DNA of 64,000 nt from Acidobacteriota bacterium (GTDB lineage Bacteria > Acidobacteriota > Thermoanaerobaculia > Gp7-AA8): positions 78,976-142,975 of the forward strand of contig JAJPHC010000030.1 of NCBI GenBank assembly GCA_021325515.1. The letters run 5' to 3'. This document shows positions 38,303 through 47,655 of this stretch, in pieces. The notes under the pieces were generated by a model that was given only the letters and a program-made list of their open reading frames with translations, was not told where the DNA came from and ran no database searches. Position 1 is the first letter of the stretch. Each line of letters starts with the position of its first letter. A program made the translations under genes and the position numbers.

Positions 38303-41300
38303 AAGCTCCACGCTCGTGCCCGCCTGCAGCAGTGTCTCGAAAGCTTCGGCCGACACCGGCCTGCTGATCAGGAAGCCCTGCGCTGCCGTGCACTGTTCGC
38401 GCTGAAGGAACGCGAGCTGCTCCTGCGTCTCCACTCCTTCCGCCACCACGCGCAGCCGCAGCGCCCGCGCCATCGAGATCACGGCCGAGATGATCGCGCC
38501 GTCGCTGGAATCGGCGGAGAGATCGCGCACGAAGTCCTGATCGATCTTCACAGTGTCGATCGGGAAGCGCTTGAGATAGTTCAGCGAGGAGTAGCCGGTG
38601 CCGAAGTCATCAATGGAGATGCGGATGCCCATCTCCTTCAACCGCTTCATGATGGCCAGCGACAGATCGGCGTTCTGCATCGCGGTCGACTCGGTGATCT
38701 CGAGGTCGAGCAGCTCCGGCGGGAAACCGGTCTCTTCGATGACGCGCTCCACCATGCGCGTGAGATCGCGCTGCTGGAACTGGCGCGGCGAGAGGTTCAC
38801 CGCGATGCGCAGCCCGCCGTGCCCGGCGTCATGCCACTGCTTCATCTGCGCGCAGGCGGTGCGCAATACCCACTCCCCGATCGGAATGATGAGCCGCGTC
38901 TCCTCGGCGATGGGGATGAACTCGTCGGGCGGCATCATTCCGAATTCCGGATGGCTCCAGCGGATCAGCGCCTCGGCTCCCGAGATCGTGCCGGTGGCAA
39001 GATCGATCATCGGCTGGTAGTGCACGATGAACTCCTTGCGGTCGAATGCGTGATGCAGGCTGTTCTCGAGCGTCAGCCGCTCCGCCCCTTCCATCACCGT
39101 CACGAACTGGAAATTGTTGCGCCCCATCTCCTTGGCGCGATACATCGCGCGATCGGCGTTCTTGAGGAGCGCTTCCGCATCCTCTCCATCGTCGGGAAAC
39201 AGCGCGATGCCGAGCGAGGTGGTGACGAAGAGCTCGTGGCGCTCGACGACGAACGGCTGGCCGATCGAATCGAGCACTTTCTGCGCGACTCCGATCGCCG
39301 CGCGCCGGTCGGCAACATCGCTGAGCAGCACGGTGAACTCGTCTCCCCCCATCCGCGCGACCGTATCCTCGGCCCGCACGCAGTTGACGAGGCGATCCGC
39401 CACCGCCTGCAGCAGCCCGTCGCCCACCGTGTGGCCGAGTGTGTCGTTCACGAGCTTGAACTGATCGAGATCGAGGAACATGACCGCGGCGACGCGTCCG
39501 CTGCGCCGGGCGCGCGCCAGTGCGACCGTGATGCGGTCGCGGAACAGCAGGCGGTTCGGCAGGCTGGTCAGAGCATCGTGATACGCCTGCCACTCCATCT
39601 TTTCCTGCGCGGTCTTGCGATCGGTGATGTCGATGATCGTCCCTTCGATCACATTCCCATCGAGCACCGCGACGTTCTCGAGAACCCACACGGGAGAGCC
39701 GTCCCGCCGCTTCATCCGCCTCTCGACGTTGGTCAGCGACCCCTGCTCCTGCAGCGCCTGCAAGTACCTCTTCCGGTCATCCGGCTCGAAGTAAAGATCG
39801 AGTGCGGATGCCACGCGCATCAGCTCTTCATTCGAGTCGTAGCCGAAGATGCGCGCCATCGCGTCATTGCATTCGAGCATGCGCCCTTCGACGGTGCTGC
39901 GGAAGACGCCTGCGAGATTGCGCTCGAAAAGGAGCCGGAAGCGCGCCTCGTTCGATTTGCGCTCCGTCACATCGCGCGCGATGCCCTGCACTCCGATGCT
40001 CTTGCCGTCGCGGAACACGAGGCGTGTATTGACCTCGACCGGAATGCGCCGGCCGTCCTTGGCCTGCAGATCGATCTCGTACGATGTGGTGTGGGTTTCG
40101 TCGGCGACCTTGCGCCGGAAATTCGAAGCCGCACGCTCGACGTCATCGGGTGCAATGAACTGTTGGATCGTCATCGAGAGCGCTTCGTCGAGCGTGTAGC
40201 CGGTCGTGCGAAGACCGGCCAGATTCATCGACGTGATGCGTCCCTCGAGGTCGTGCGTGTAGACGATGTCGTTCGCGTTCTCGAAAAGATCGCGGTAGCG
40301 CGTCTCGCTCTGCCGCAGCGAAGCCTCGATCGCTTTTCGTTCAGAGATGTCGCGGGCCACGACCTGAATGGCCGGCTTCCCATCGATCTGAAAGGAGATC
40401 GCTGCGACTTCGACATCGACGGCGGTGCCATCGCGCTTGAGGAACTTCTCTTCGATCAGCGGCACCTCGCGTCCTCGCGACAGCACGCGCAGCCGGCTTC
40501 GCACCGTCGTGCGATAGTCGGGATGCACGAGCGTCATGATGTCGCGGCCCACGAGCTCTTCCGCTGACGCGGCTCCAATCAGCCTCACCGCGGCGGTGTT
40601 GACGAACGTCAGCTTGCCTTCCTGATGCACGAAGATCGCATCAGGGCTCAGCTCCACCACGTTCCGATACCGCTCCTCGCTCTCGCGCAGTCTCTCTTCG
40701 GCGCCCCTCCGCTCGGTGACGTCCTGCGCGATGACGAGCCGCGAGCGCTTTTCACCGAAGAGGAACTCGAACGAGGTGATCTCGACGTCGATGATCTTTC
40801 CGCTGCGGATGCGATGGCGGAAGAGCGCGCGATCGCGCTTCTCCGGCGGATTACGCAATGCCTCTTCCATCTGCGGCAGATCTTCCTGCGGGCGGATGTC
40901 GAGGATCGTCATCTCCATGAATTCTTCGCGGAGGTAGCCGTAGTGTGCGATCGCCGCATCGTTCACTGCGATGAACCGCAAGGTGTCGAAGTCGTAGACC
41001 CACATCGGCAGCGGATTCGCGTCGAAGAGCGTGCGGTAGCGCGTCTCGCTTTCGCGCAGCGCTTCTTCCGCCCGCTTGCGCTCCGTGTAGTCCGTCGCGA
41101 CGTAGATCGCGGCGACGGGAGTGCCATCCGCCTGGCGCACGAATGACGACTGCGCGAGCACGTCGAGCGCCGAGCCGTCCGCCGTCCGCCAGAGCATCGT
41201 CTGCTCCAGCACGCCGGTGCTCTCCAGAATCTGCGCGGTGCTCGTCGCTTCGTTGCGCTGGATGATGTTGCGGATGTGGAGGCCGACCATCGTCGGCGCG

Positions 41301-42091
41301 TCGAAGCCGAGCATCGCGCCGGCCGCGCGGTTCACGACGCGGATCTTGCCATCCATGTCGACGACGAGCACCGCCCCCTTCATCGTCTCGAGGATCTGTC
41401 CCGCCGCGAACTCCGGGGTGAGGTCGATGACTTCGTAATTCCAGACCGCGCGCGCCGCGACGATGGAGAACGCGAGCACGGCCATGTAGCCGACCGGGTA
41501 CATGTCGATCCCCATCGAAGGGAAGACATCGACGAGCGCGAGACTGCCGACGGCGAGCGCGAGCAGCATGAGCCCCGTTCGCTCGCGCGTCTGCCCCTCC
41601 GATTGCTGATGCGCATTCCAGAGAAGGCGCATTGCATAAAGGAGGATGAGGCCGTAGGTCGCCGCCCAGATGAAATTCAAGGGCGAGCCGTTGGCGTACC
41701 AGCCCCAGGAGTAGTGGCGCACGGCCGGGATGAGAATCGGCGACGCTGCGCCGATGAGCGCCACCGTGATGCAGAAGAACCAGGAGAGGCCGAGGCGGAC
41801 TCGCAGGCGCTGGCGGGTGCCGGTGTAGACCGAGACGAAATTCAGAATGATCGCCGGAATGAGCGCGGCTGCCACATGGCCGGCACGCGCCCACAACAGA
41901 GCGACATGCGGCGAGAGCGACGAATACATCAGCGCGAAACAGCCAAGCCACGCCGCGGCACTCGCTGTGATTAATGAGAAGAGGATGCTGCCGCGCGCGC
42001 CGCGCCCCCGGAGGGCGACACCAGCGCCGAGACAGAAGGCGACGGCTGCCGTGATCGCAGTCGCAAGCGCCAGAGGGTTCGCCGCGTACAT
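38294..42091 (-). CDS. Membrane sensor diguanylate cyclase/phosphodiesterase (7TM, multi-PAS, GGDEF, EAL)
   Basis: N-terminal TM region, about 5 PAS/PAC repeats, RMGGDEF, EALIRW and DDFGTGYSS. Confidence 0.94.
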   Translation of the reverse strand: MYAANPLALATAITAAVAFCLGAGVALRGRGARGSILFSLITASAAAWLGCFALMYSSLSPHVALLWARAGHVAAALIPAIILNFVSVYTGTRQRLRVRLGLSWFFCITVALIGAASPILIPAVRHYSWGWYANGSPLNFIWAATYGLILLYAMRLLWNAHQQSEGQTRERTGLMLLALAVGSLALVDVFPSMGIDMYPVGYMAVLAFSIVAARAVWNYEVIDLTPEFAAGQILETMKGAVLVVDMDGKIRVVNRAAGAMLGFDAPTMVGLHIRNIIQRNEATSTAQILESTGVLEQTMLWRTADGSALDVLAQSSFVRQADGTPVAAIYVATDYTERKRAEEALRESETRYRTLFDANPLPMWVYDFDTLRFIAVNDAAIAHYGYLREEFMEMTILDIRPQEDLPQMEEALRNPPEKRDRALFRHRIRSGKIIDVEITSFEFLFGEKRSRLVIAQDVTERRGAEERLRESEERYRNVVELSPDAIFVHQEGKLTFVNTAAVRLIGAASAEELVGRDIMTLVHPDYRTTVRSRLRVLSRGREVPLIEEKFLKRDGTAVDVEVAAISFQIDGKPAIQVVARDISERKAIEASLRQSETRYRDLFENANDIVYTHDLEGRITSMNLAGLRTTGYTLDEALSMTIQQFIAPDDVERAASNFRRKVADETHTTSYEIDLQAKDGRRIPVEVNTRLVFRDGKSIGVQGIARDVTERKSNEARFRLLFERNLAGVFRSTVEGRMLECNDAMARIFGYDSNEELMRVASALDLYFEPDDRKRYLQALQEQGSLTNVERRMKRRDGSPVWVLENVAVLDGNVIEGTIIDITDRKTAQEKMEWQAYHDALTSLPNRLLFRDRITVALARARRSGRVAAVMFLDLDQFKLVNDTLGHTVGDGLLQAVADRLVNCVRAEDTVARMGGDEFTVLLSDVADRRAAIGVAQKVLDSIGQPFVVERHELFVTTSLGIALFPDDGEDAEALLKNADRAMYRAKEMGRNNFQFVTVMEGAERLTLENSLHHAFDRKEFIVHYQPMIDLATGTISGAEALIRWSHPEFGMMPPDEFIPIAEETRLIIPIGEWVLRTACAQMKQWHDAGHGGLRIAVNLSPRQFQQRDLTRMVERVIEETGFPPELLDLEITESTAMQNADLSLAIMKRLKEMGIRISIDDFGTGYSSLNYLKRFPIDTVKIDQDFVRDLSADSSDGAIISAVISMARALRLRVVAEGVETQEQLAFLQREQCTAAQGFLISRPVSAEAFETLLQAGTSVELRN

Positions 42092-42124
42092 GCCACGCGA
42101 ATCATCGCACGGCGGCGCGCGCGC

Positions 42125-42370
42125 CTACTCGTAATCTCTCTCCCTGAAAAATCCTCCGCGCTTCGCTCCGCCCGGCGTACCGGTCACCTTCCGCGCCGGC
42201 TGCTCGGAATCGGGAATCGGTTCGGCGCGTCCCGGCGGATCCGTGTCGCCCGGCTGCTTTGCGATCGCATCGACCTCAACTGGGGCCGGTGCAGGACGAT
42301 TCACCGTCTGTCCCGTCTTTCCAGTGAGCCACTCGTCCTGACTGCCGTAGCTCTGCGGTTCGTTCTTCAT
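42125..42370 (-). CDS. Small hypothetical protein
   Basis: Fills the gap co-directionally; YGSQDEWLTG and GGAKRGGFFRERDY look conserved. Confidence 0.55.
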   Translation of the reverse strand: MKNEPQSYGSQDEWLTGKTGQTVNRPAPAPVEVDAIAKQPGDTDPPGRAEPIPDSEQPARKVTGTPGGAKRGGFFRERDYE

Positions 42371-42420
42371 GAGAGGGATGGAGTGCAAGTCTCATCCCGT
42401 CTTTGGCCCGAAGCTGCGAA

Positions 42421-43512
42421 TCACCAGCCTCGCGTGGGCTTCCATTCGGCGACGCATTCGTTGTTCTCGATCACGTGATAGCGATCGAACATCGCTGCGG
42501 TCAGGCAGGAGTGATTCGGGATGATCCGCACCTTCGTGCCGACGGGAAGATGGGCGATGCCCTCGAGCTTGCCATGCTCCTGCGACAGCGACGTCAGCCG
42601 CACAGGCAGCGGCTCGAGATCGAGATCGCAGACGATTCCGAAGCTCACATCCGGATCGATGTGATCGGGCCCGAGGTCTTTGGAGAGAGCGAGCGCACCG
42701 GCGTCGATGATCGCGCAGCGCCGTTCCGGATAGGAGCCGATCACCGTCGCCAGCACGGACACCGCGACATCCTCGGCACGGCACGAGCCGATCGCCGTCT
42801 GGAATGCGTCATAGAAAATGTAGTTGCCGGGCCGCACCTCATCGACTTCCGTGAAGCGCTCGACGACGGAGGCCGTCGGCGTCGAGCCGGCGCTGCGGAC
42901 GAGAAAGCCGAGCTCTTCGTCGAGCGCGCGAAAGCGCGTGAGGCAGCCTGCCTCCTCCGCCGCGATGCGCCGCACGTCATCGGTATTGCGCGCGTGATAC
43001 GAGTGTCCGGCGTGAGTCAGGATTCCGTGAAACCGGATCGTCGGCGAGCGCATCATCGCGCGGGCGAGCGCGAGGCTGTCGGGACTGTCGGGACTTACAC
43101 CGGCGCGGTGATACCCGCAATCGATCTTGAGAAAGACTTCGAAGGGATAGCCGCGCTGCTCCATCGCACGCAGCGCCATCTCGGAATCGATCAGGAGATT
43201 CAGACGATCGATCCGCGAGGCGAGCGCCGCGGCGCGGTCGAGTTTCTCCGGGGCGATCGGAACCGCATAGGTTATGTCCCTGAACCCGCCGCCGGCGAAA
43301 AACTCCGCCTCCGCGAGAGTGGAGACCGTGATCGGCCCGAAATTTCCTCCATGCTGTAGACGCGCACCTTCGATGGTCTTGTGCGTTTTCACATGAGGCC
43401 GGAACACAACCGCTGATGCGCGGGCCTTTTCCTGCATGCGGAGGCAATTGGCCCGCGCGCGCCGGATGTCGACGAGAAACGAAGGTGTCGGAAGCTCGGT
43501 TACGATCGGCAA
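42421..43512 (-). CDS. PLP fold-type III enzyme (D-serine dehydratase / D-threonine aldolase family)
   Basis: Motifs RPHVKTHK, HAGHSY, GSTPT, RPGNYIFYD, SQEHG and PNHSC. Start (TTG 43512) uncertain. Confidence 0.88.
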   Translation of the reverse strand: MPIVTELPTPSFLVDIRRARANCLRMQEKARASAVVFRPHVKTHKTIEGARLQHGGNFGPITVSTLAEAEFFAGGGFRDITYAVPIAPEKLDRAAALASRIDRLNLLIDSEMALRAMEQRGYPFEVFLKIDCGYHRAGVSPDSPDSLALARAMMRSPTIRFHGILTHAGHSYHARNTDDVRRIAAEEAGCLTRFRALDEELGFLVRSAGSTPTASVVERFTEVDEVRPGNYIFYDAFQTAIGSCRAEDVAVSVLATVIGSYPERRCAIIDAGALALSKDLGPDHIDPDVSFGIVCDLDLEPLPVRLTSLSQEHGKLEGIAHLPVGTKVRIIPNHSCLTAAMFDRYHVIENNECVAEWKPTRGW

Positions 43513-43513
43513 G

Positions 43514-44587
43514 GTGCGCAAGATTATCCACATCGACATGGATGCGTTCTACGCCTCTGTCGAACAGCGCGATGAACCCTCGCTGAAGGGAAAGCCGGTG
43601 ATCGTCGGATGGCCGGGCGAACGGAGCGTGGTCTGCGCTGCGTCCTACGAAGCGCGCAAATTCGGCGTGCACTCGGCGATGCCGGCGACGCGCGCGCGCC
43701 GTCTCTGTCCGTCGGCCGTCTTCATCCATCCGAACTTCGACAAATACCGCGCGGTATCGCGCGAGATCCGCGAGATTTTCGAGCGGCATACGCCGCTGGT
43801 CGAGCCGCTCTCGCTCGATGAGGCGTACCTTGATGTCACGCACGAGCTGACCGGGATTCCCACGGCGACCGAAACCGCGGAGTGCATCCGCCGCGAGATC
43901 CGCGAGCGGACGCAGCTCACGGCATCCGCCGGCGTCGCGCCGAACAAATTCCTCGCGAAAATCGCATCGGACTGGCGGAAGCCGGACGGCATGTTCGTCA
44001 TCCGGCCGCATCAGGTGGAGCGATTCCTGATGCCGCTGCCGGTGCGCAAGATTCCGGGCGTCGGCAAGGCGACGGAGAAGATCCTGCTCGAGATGAAGAT
44101 CGAGACCGTCGGCGATCTTCATCGCTTCACGCAGGAAGAGCTCGTGGCGCGATTCGGAAAGTGGGGCACGCGCCTGTGGGAACTGGCGCGCGGCATCGAC
44201 GAGTCGCCGGTCGAGCCTTCGCGTCCGCGCAAGTCGTGGTCGAGTGAGACGACGTTTCCGAAGGACATCCCGTTGAATGAAGTCGCGGAATGGATCGGGA
44301 GCGAGGCGCGCCATCTCTGGGAGACGCTGCAGTCGAAGGGAATGCACGGCCGCACGGTGACGGTGAAACTGCGCACCGGCGATTTCAAGACGGCGACGCG
44401 GCAGATCACGCCCGAGTCGCCGCCGGCATCAGGCGATGACCTCGCAGGAATCGGAGTCGAGCTCCTGTCGCGATTCACGTTCGCGGCGGAGGCGAAGTAC
44501 AGGCTCGCAGGCATCGGCGTTTCGAATTTCGTGGAGGAGGAGACCGAAGACTCCGAGCCCGAAGAAGTCCCGCTGTTTCATTCCTGA
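43514..44587 (+). CDS. dinB: DNA polymerase IV
   Basis: Motifs IHIDMDAFYASVE, ASYEAR, SLDEAYLD and KFLAKIASD. Confidence 0.95.
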   Translation: MRKIIHIDMDAFYASVEQRDEPSLKGKPVIVGWPGERSVVCAASYEARKFGVHSAMPATRARRLCPSAVFIHPNFDKYRAVSREIREIFERHTPLVEPLSLDEAYLDVTHELTGIPTATETAECIRREIRERTQLTASAGVAPNKFLAKIASDWRKPDGMFVIRPHQVERFLMPLPVRKIPGVGKATEKILLEMKIETVGDLHRFTQEELVARFGKWGTRLWELARGIDESPVEPSRPRKSWSSETTFPKDIPLNEVAEWIGSEARHLWETLQSKGMHGRTVTVKLRTGDFKTATRQITPESPPASGDDLAGIGVELLSRFTFAAEAKYRLAGIGVSNFVEEETEDSEPEEVPLFHS

Positions 44588-44670
44588 CGCGGGGTCTGCA
44601 TTCGCACGTTAGCCTCCGGCACGAATCGATCAGCAACGGCGGCGGCAGCGGTGCTATCTTTCCCGCCGCC

Positions 44671-45648
44671 ATGAACAGACAGCCCATTACCGTCGCGCAA
44701 TTCGGCATCGGGCCGATCGGCGCGGAGATCGCCCGCCTCCTTCTCACCAAGCCGTGGATCAAGCTCGTTGCCGCGGTCGACATCGATCCGAACAAGATCG
44801 GGCGCGATGTCGGCGAAGTCATCGGACTCGGCAAAGAGACAGGCATCAGAGTCACGCGTGATCTCGAAGTGAAGGCCGATGTCATCTGCCACTCCACCGG
44901 GTCGCGGCTGGCCGACGTCGCAGCGCAGCTCAGGATGCTGCTGGAGCGCGAGGCTCACGTCGTCTCCACCTGCGAAGAGCTCTCGTTCCCGCTCGACGCC
45001 GGCATCCGTGCCGAACTGCAGCACGTGGCGCGCGCGCACAACGTCACGCTCCTCGGCACGGGGGTGAATCCCGGCTTCGTGATGGACAAGCTGCCGCTCA
45101 CCGTCACCTCGGTCTGCCAGCGCGTCGACTCGATTCAGATCATTCGCATCCAGAACGCATCGACGCGTCGCGAGCCGCTGCAGCGAAAAGTTGGGGCCGG
45201 AATGACCGTCGCCGATTTCCGCAGCGCCGTCGATGCCGGGCGCATCAAGCACATGGGTCTCAAAGAGTCCCTCCTGATGGTCGGCAACGGCCTCGGCATC
45301 GATTTCGAGAGCGTGAGTGAAGAGCGGATCGAGCCGATCGTCGCCGGACGCGAGATCGTCACCGAGTACCTGCGCGTCGAGCCCGGCCAGGTGGCCGGCG
45401 TGCATCAGACGATCGAAGGCCGCGGCAGGATCAACGTGTCGCTCGATCTGCGCATGTACGTCGGCGCCGAAGACATCGCCGCAGACCGCGTGATCGTGAA
45501 AGGCATTCCCGATGTCGAGATGGAGATCAAAGGCGGCGTCCACGGCGATCGCGCGACAGCCGCGATGGTGGTGAACTCGATCCCGCGCGTCGTGAGCGCG
45601 CGGCCGGGATTGCTGACGATGGACGATATCCCGGTCAGCTTCCGATAA
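44671..45648 (+). CDS. NAD(P)-dependent dehydrogenase (2,4-diaminopentanoate dehydrogenase / DapB-like)
   Basis: Motifs GIGPIG, STCEEL, LGTGVNPGF and GGVHGD.ATAA. Confidence 0.8.
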   Translation: MNRQPITVAQFGIGPIGAEIARLLLTKPWIKLVAAVDIDPNKIGRDVGEVIGLGKETGIRVTRDLEVKADVICHSTGSRLADVAAQLRMLLEREAHVVSTCEELSFPLDAGIRAELQHVARAHNVTLLGTGVNPGFVMDKLPLTVTSVCQRVDSIQIIRIQNASTRREPLQRKVGAGMTVADFRSAVDAGRIKHMGLKESLLMVGNGLGIDFESVSEERIEPIVAGREIVTEYLRVEPGQVAGVHQTIEGRGRINVSLDLRMYVGAEDIAADRVIVKGIPDVEMEIKGGVHGDRATAAMVVNSIPRVVSARPGLLTMDDIPVSFR

Positions 45649-45697
45649 GGAGAGCGGGCGTCGCGGCCCGGCGAGAACGCCGAGGTAGAATCTCGAC

Positions 45698-45916
45698 ATG
45701 GGCAAATTACTCGATCGTGCCATCGCGGAAATGAACAGCCTGCCGGAGCCCGAGCAGGAGGCCATCGCGGCATGGCTTCTCGCCGAGATCGAATCGGAGA
45801 AGAAGTGGGACGAGCTCTTCGCAAAACCTTCCTCTGTTATCGAACGAATGGCGGACGAGGCGATTCGTGAGCACGAAGCCGGTCTGACAGAGCCATTGGA
45901 TCCCGAGAAGCTGTGA
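45698..45916 (+). CDS. Putative antitoxin of a ParE/RelE-like module
   Basis: Small acidic protein whose stop overlaps the toxin start (GTGA). Confidence 0.7.
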   Translation: MGKLLDRAIAEMNSLPEPEQEAIAAWLLAEIESEKKWDELFAKPSSVIERMADEAIREHEAGLTEPLDPEKL

Positions 45917-46184
45917 AATCCTTCACAACGCCGGGGTTTCGAAAGCTGTTCGATAAGCTCCCCCGGAAATCAGAGATCAGGCGCGCTCGGCCTACCGGCT
46001 GTTCCGGGCAAACCCACGACATCCGAGTCTCAACTTCAAGCATGTTCACGGTTCGACACGCTTGGTCTCAGCACGAGTTGGTCTCCACTACCGAGTCGTC
46101 GGGACCGAGCGAACCGCAGGCGAGATTGTGTGGTTCTGGATCGGACCCCATGAGGCCTACGAAAAGCTGATCTACCAAGTGTAG
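45913..46184 (+). pseudogene. ParE/RelE-like toxin with a 1-nt frameshift in a C5 run
   Basis: Adding one C at 45960-45964 restores ...LPPEIRDQARSAYRLFRANPRHPSLNFKHV..ARVGLHYR..WFWIGPHEAYEKL. Confidence 0.8.
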
Positions 46185-46200
46185 AAACCGCGCCCGCTCC

Positions 46201-46440
46201 TCACCTTCTCCGCATCAGCGCGACCAACAGCGCCACGGCACCGGCCGCGCCCCACAACGCGATCCACCCCGCGGGCCACGAGCGCATCCAGTTCCACATC
46301 GCGAGCGTGAGCGCCCACAGTCCATAGACCAGCGCGAACATCGTCCGATGGCGGCGGTCATCGTCGATCCCCGCTGCGATCGAGCCGCCGAGGATGAGGA
46401 GCGGAAGGAAGCCGAGAACGATGTTGATGGCAGTGGTCAT
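46201..46440 (-). CDS. Small membrane protein
   Basis: Three hydrophobic segments. Confidence 0.6.
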   Translation of the reverse strand: MTTAINIVLGFLPLLILGGSIAAGIDDDRRHRTMFALVYGLWALTLAMWNWMRSWPAGWIALWGAAGAVALLVALMRRR

Positions 46441-46457
46441 GGGTCTATGATTTTCGG

Positions 46458-47534
46458 ATGCGCACTCTCGTGCTCGTTGCGCTTCTCTCCGCTCCCCTTG
46501 CGCTCGCGCAGAACGTTCCGTGCGAGTCGATCGACGGAAGCTATCGCGAATGCCGCGTCAGTTCGAGCGGGATCATACGGCTGACGTACGAAATGAGCGA
46601 TGCGCGCTGCTACGAAGGTGTGACGTGGGGAACGAAAGAAGGCGGCGTCGTCTGGGTGAGCCGCGGATGCCGTGCGATGTTCATCGCCGATCGCGAAAAG
46701 AGCACGCTGCCTCCCGATCGCATCGTCTGTGAGTCGGAAAACGGCGGCCGCAAGGTCTGTCCCGCGAACACGCGCAACGGCATCCGCATCGCGCGCCAGC
46801 TCAGCGCGAAGCCGTGCAATCCGGAAGTATCGTGGGGCTACGACAAGAGTCACGTCTGGGTGGATGACGGCTGCCGCGCGGAATTCGTCCTCGGCCCTGA
46901 GCACGTGCAGGAACCGCAGCCCGCACTGGAAGGCGTCACGACATGCCAGTCGCTCGATGGCCGCCGCGTCGAGTGCAGGGCAGACACCTCTGCCGGAGTC
47001 CAATTGATCCGGACGTTCACGGCGGACAAGTGCTCCTTCGGCACCGACTGGGGCTACGACCGCAAAGGCATATGGGTCGCGAACCTCTGCCGCGCGGCGT
47101 TCGCGGTGAAGCGCACAGGGGCGGCGCGCGCATCATCCATCGTCTGCGAGTCGAGCAGCACGCGCAGCAACTGCGCGGCGGACACCATGTTCGGCGTCGC
47201 GCTCGCGCGGCAACTCAGCGAGAAAGCGTGCGTGCTCGACGAGACGTGGGGCTTCGACGCGACCGGCGTCTGGGTGACCGGCGGATGCAGCGCGCAGTTC
47301 GCGCTCGGCGGCTATCGCCTGCCGCCGGATGCCGTGCCGCCCGGAGCACAAAAAGTGATCTGCGACTCGCTCGACGGCAGCAGGAACGTATGCGCCGCGG
47401 ACACCACGCGCGGCGTCGGCCTCGTGCGCCAGCTCGGCGACATCGAGTGCGTGCTCAATCGCACCTGGGGCTACGAGCGCGATGCGATCTGGGTCTCCGG
47501 CGGCTGCAACGCCGAGTTTGCGGTGGGTCACTGA
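46458..47534 (+). CDS. Secreted DUF3011-repeat protein (5 Cys-rich repeats)
   Basis: Signal peptide and five C.S..C..C..WG...WV..GC.A.F units. Confidence 0.85.
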   Translation: MRTLVLVALLSAPLALAQNVPCESIDGSYRECRVSSSGIIRLTYEMSDARCYEGVTWGTKEGGVVWVSRGCRAMFIADREKSTLPPDRIVCESENGGRKVCPANTRNGIRIARQLSAKPCNPEVSWGYDKSHVWVDDGCRAEFVLGPEHVQEPQPALEGVTTCQSLDGRRVECRADTSAGVQLIRTFTADKCSFGTDWGYDRKGIWVANLCRAAFAVKRTGAARASSIVCESSSTRSNCAADTMFGVALARQLSEKACVLDETWGFDATGVWVTGGCSAQFALGGYRLPPDAVPPGAQKVICDSLDGSRNVCAADTTRGVGLVRQLGDIECVLNRTWGYERDAIWVSGGCNAEFAVGH

Positions 47535-47540
47535 GCATGT

Positions 47541-47621
47541 GTGCAGGACAGGCGCCCTCGCCTGTCAACAGCGGCAGCCCTACCTGAACAAAGCCGACAG
47601 GCGGGGGCGCCTGTCGTACAC
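47541..47621. repeat. REP doublet (GTAG-type family)
   Basis: Arms gtgcaggacaggcgccctcgcctgtc and gacaggcgggggcgcctgtcgtacac. Confidence 0.85.
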
Positions 47622-47655
47622 ACAGCGGGCAGATGAGTTGCAAAGCGCCGGAGCA

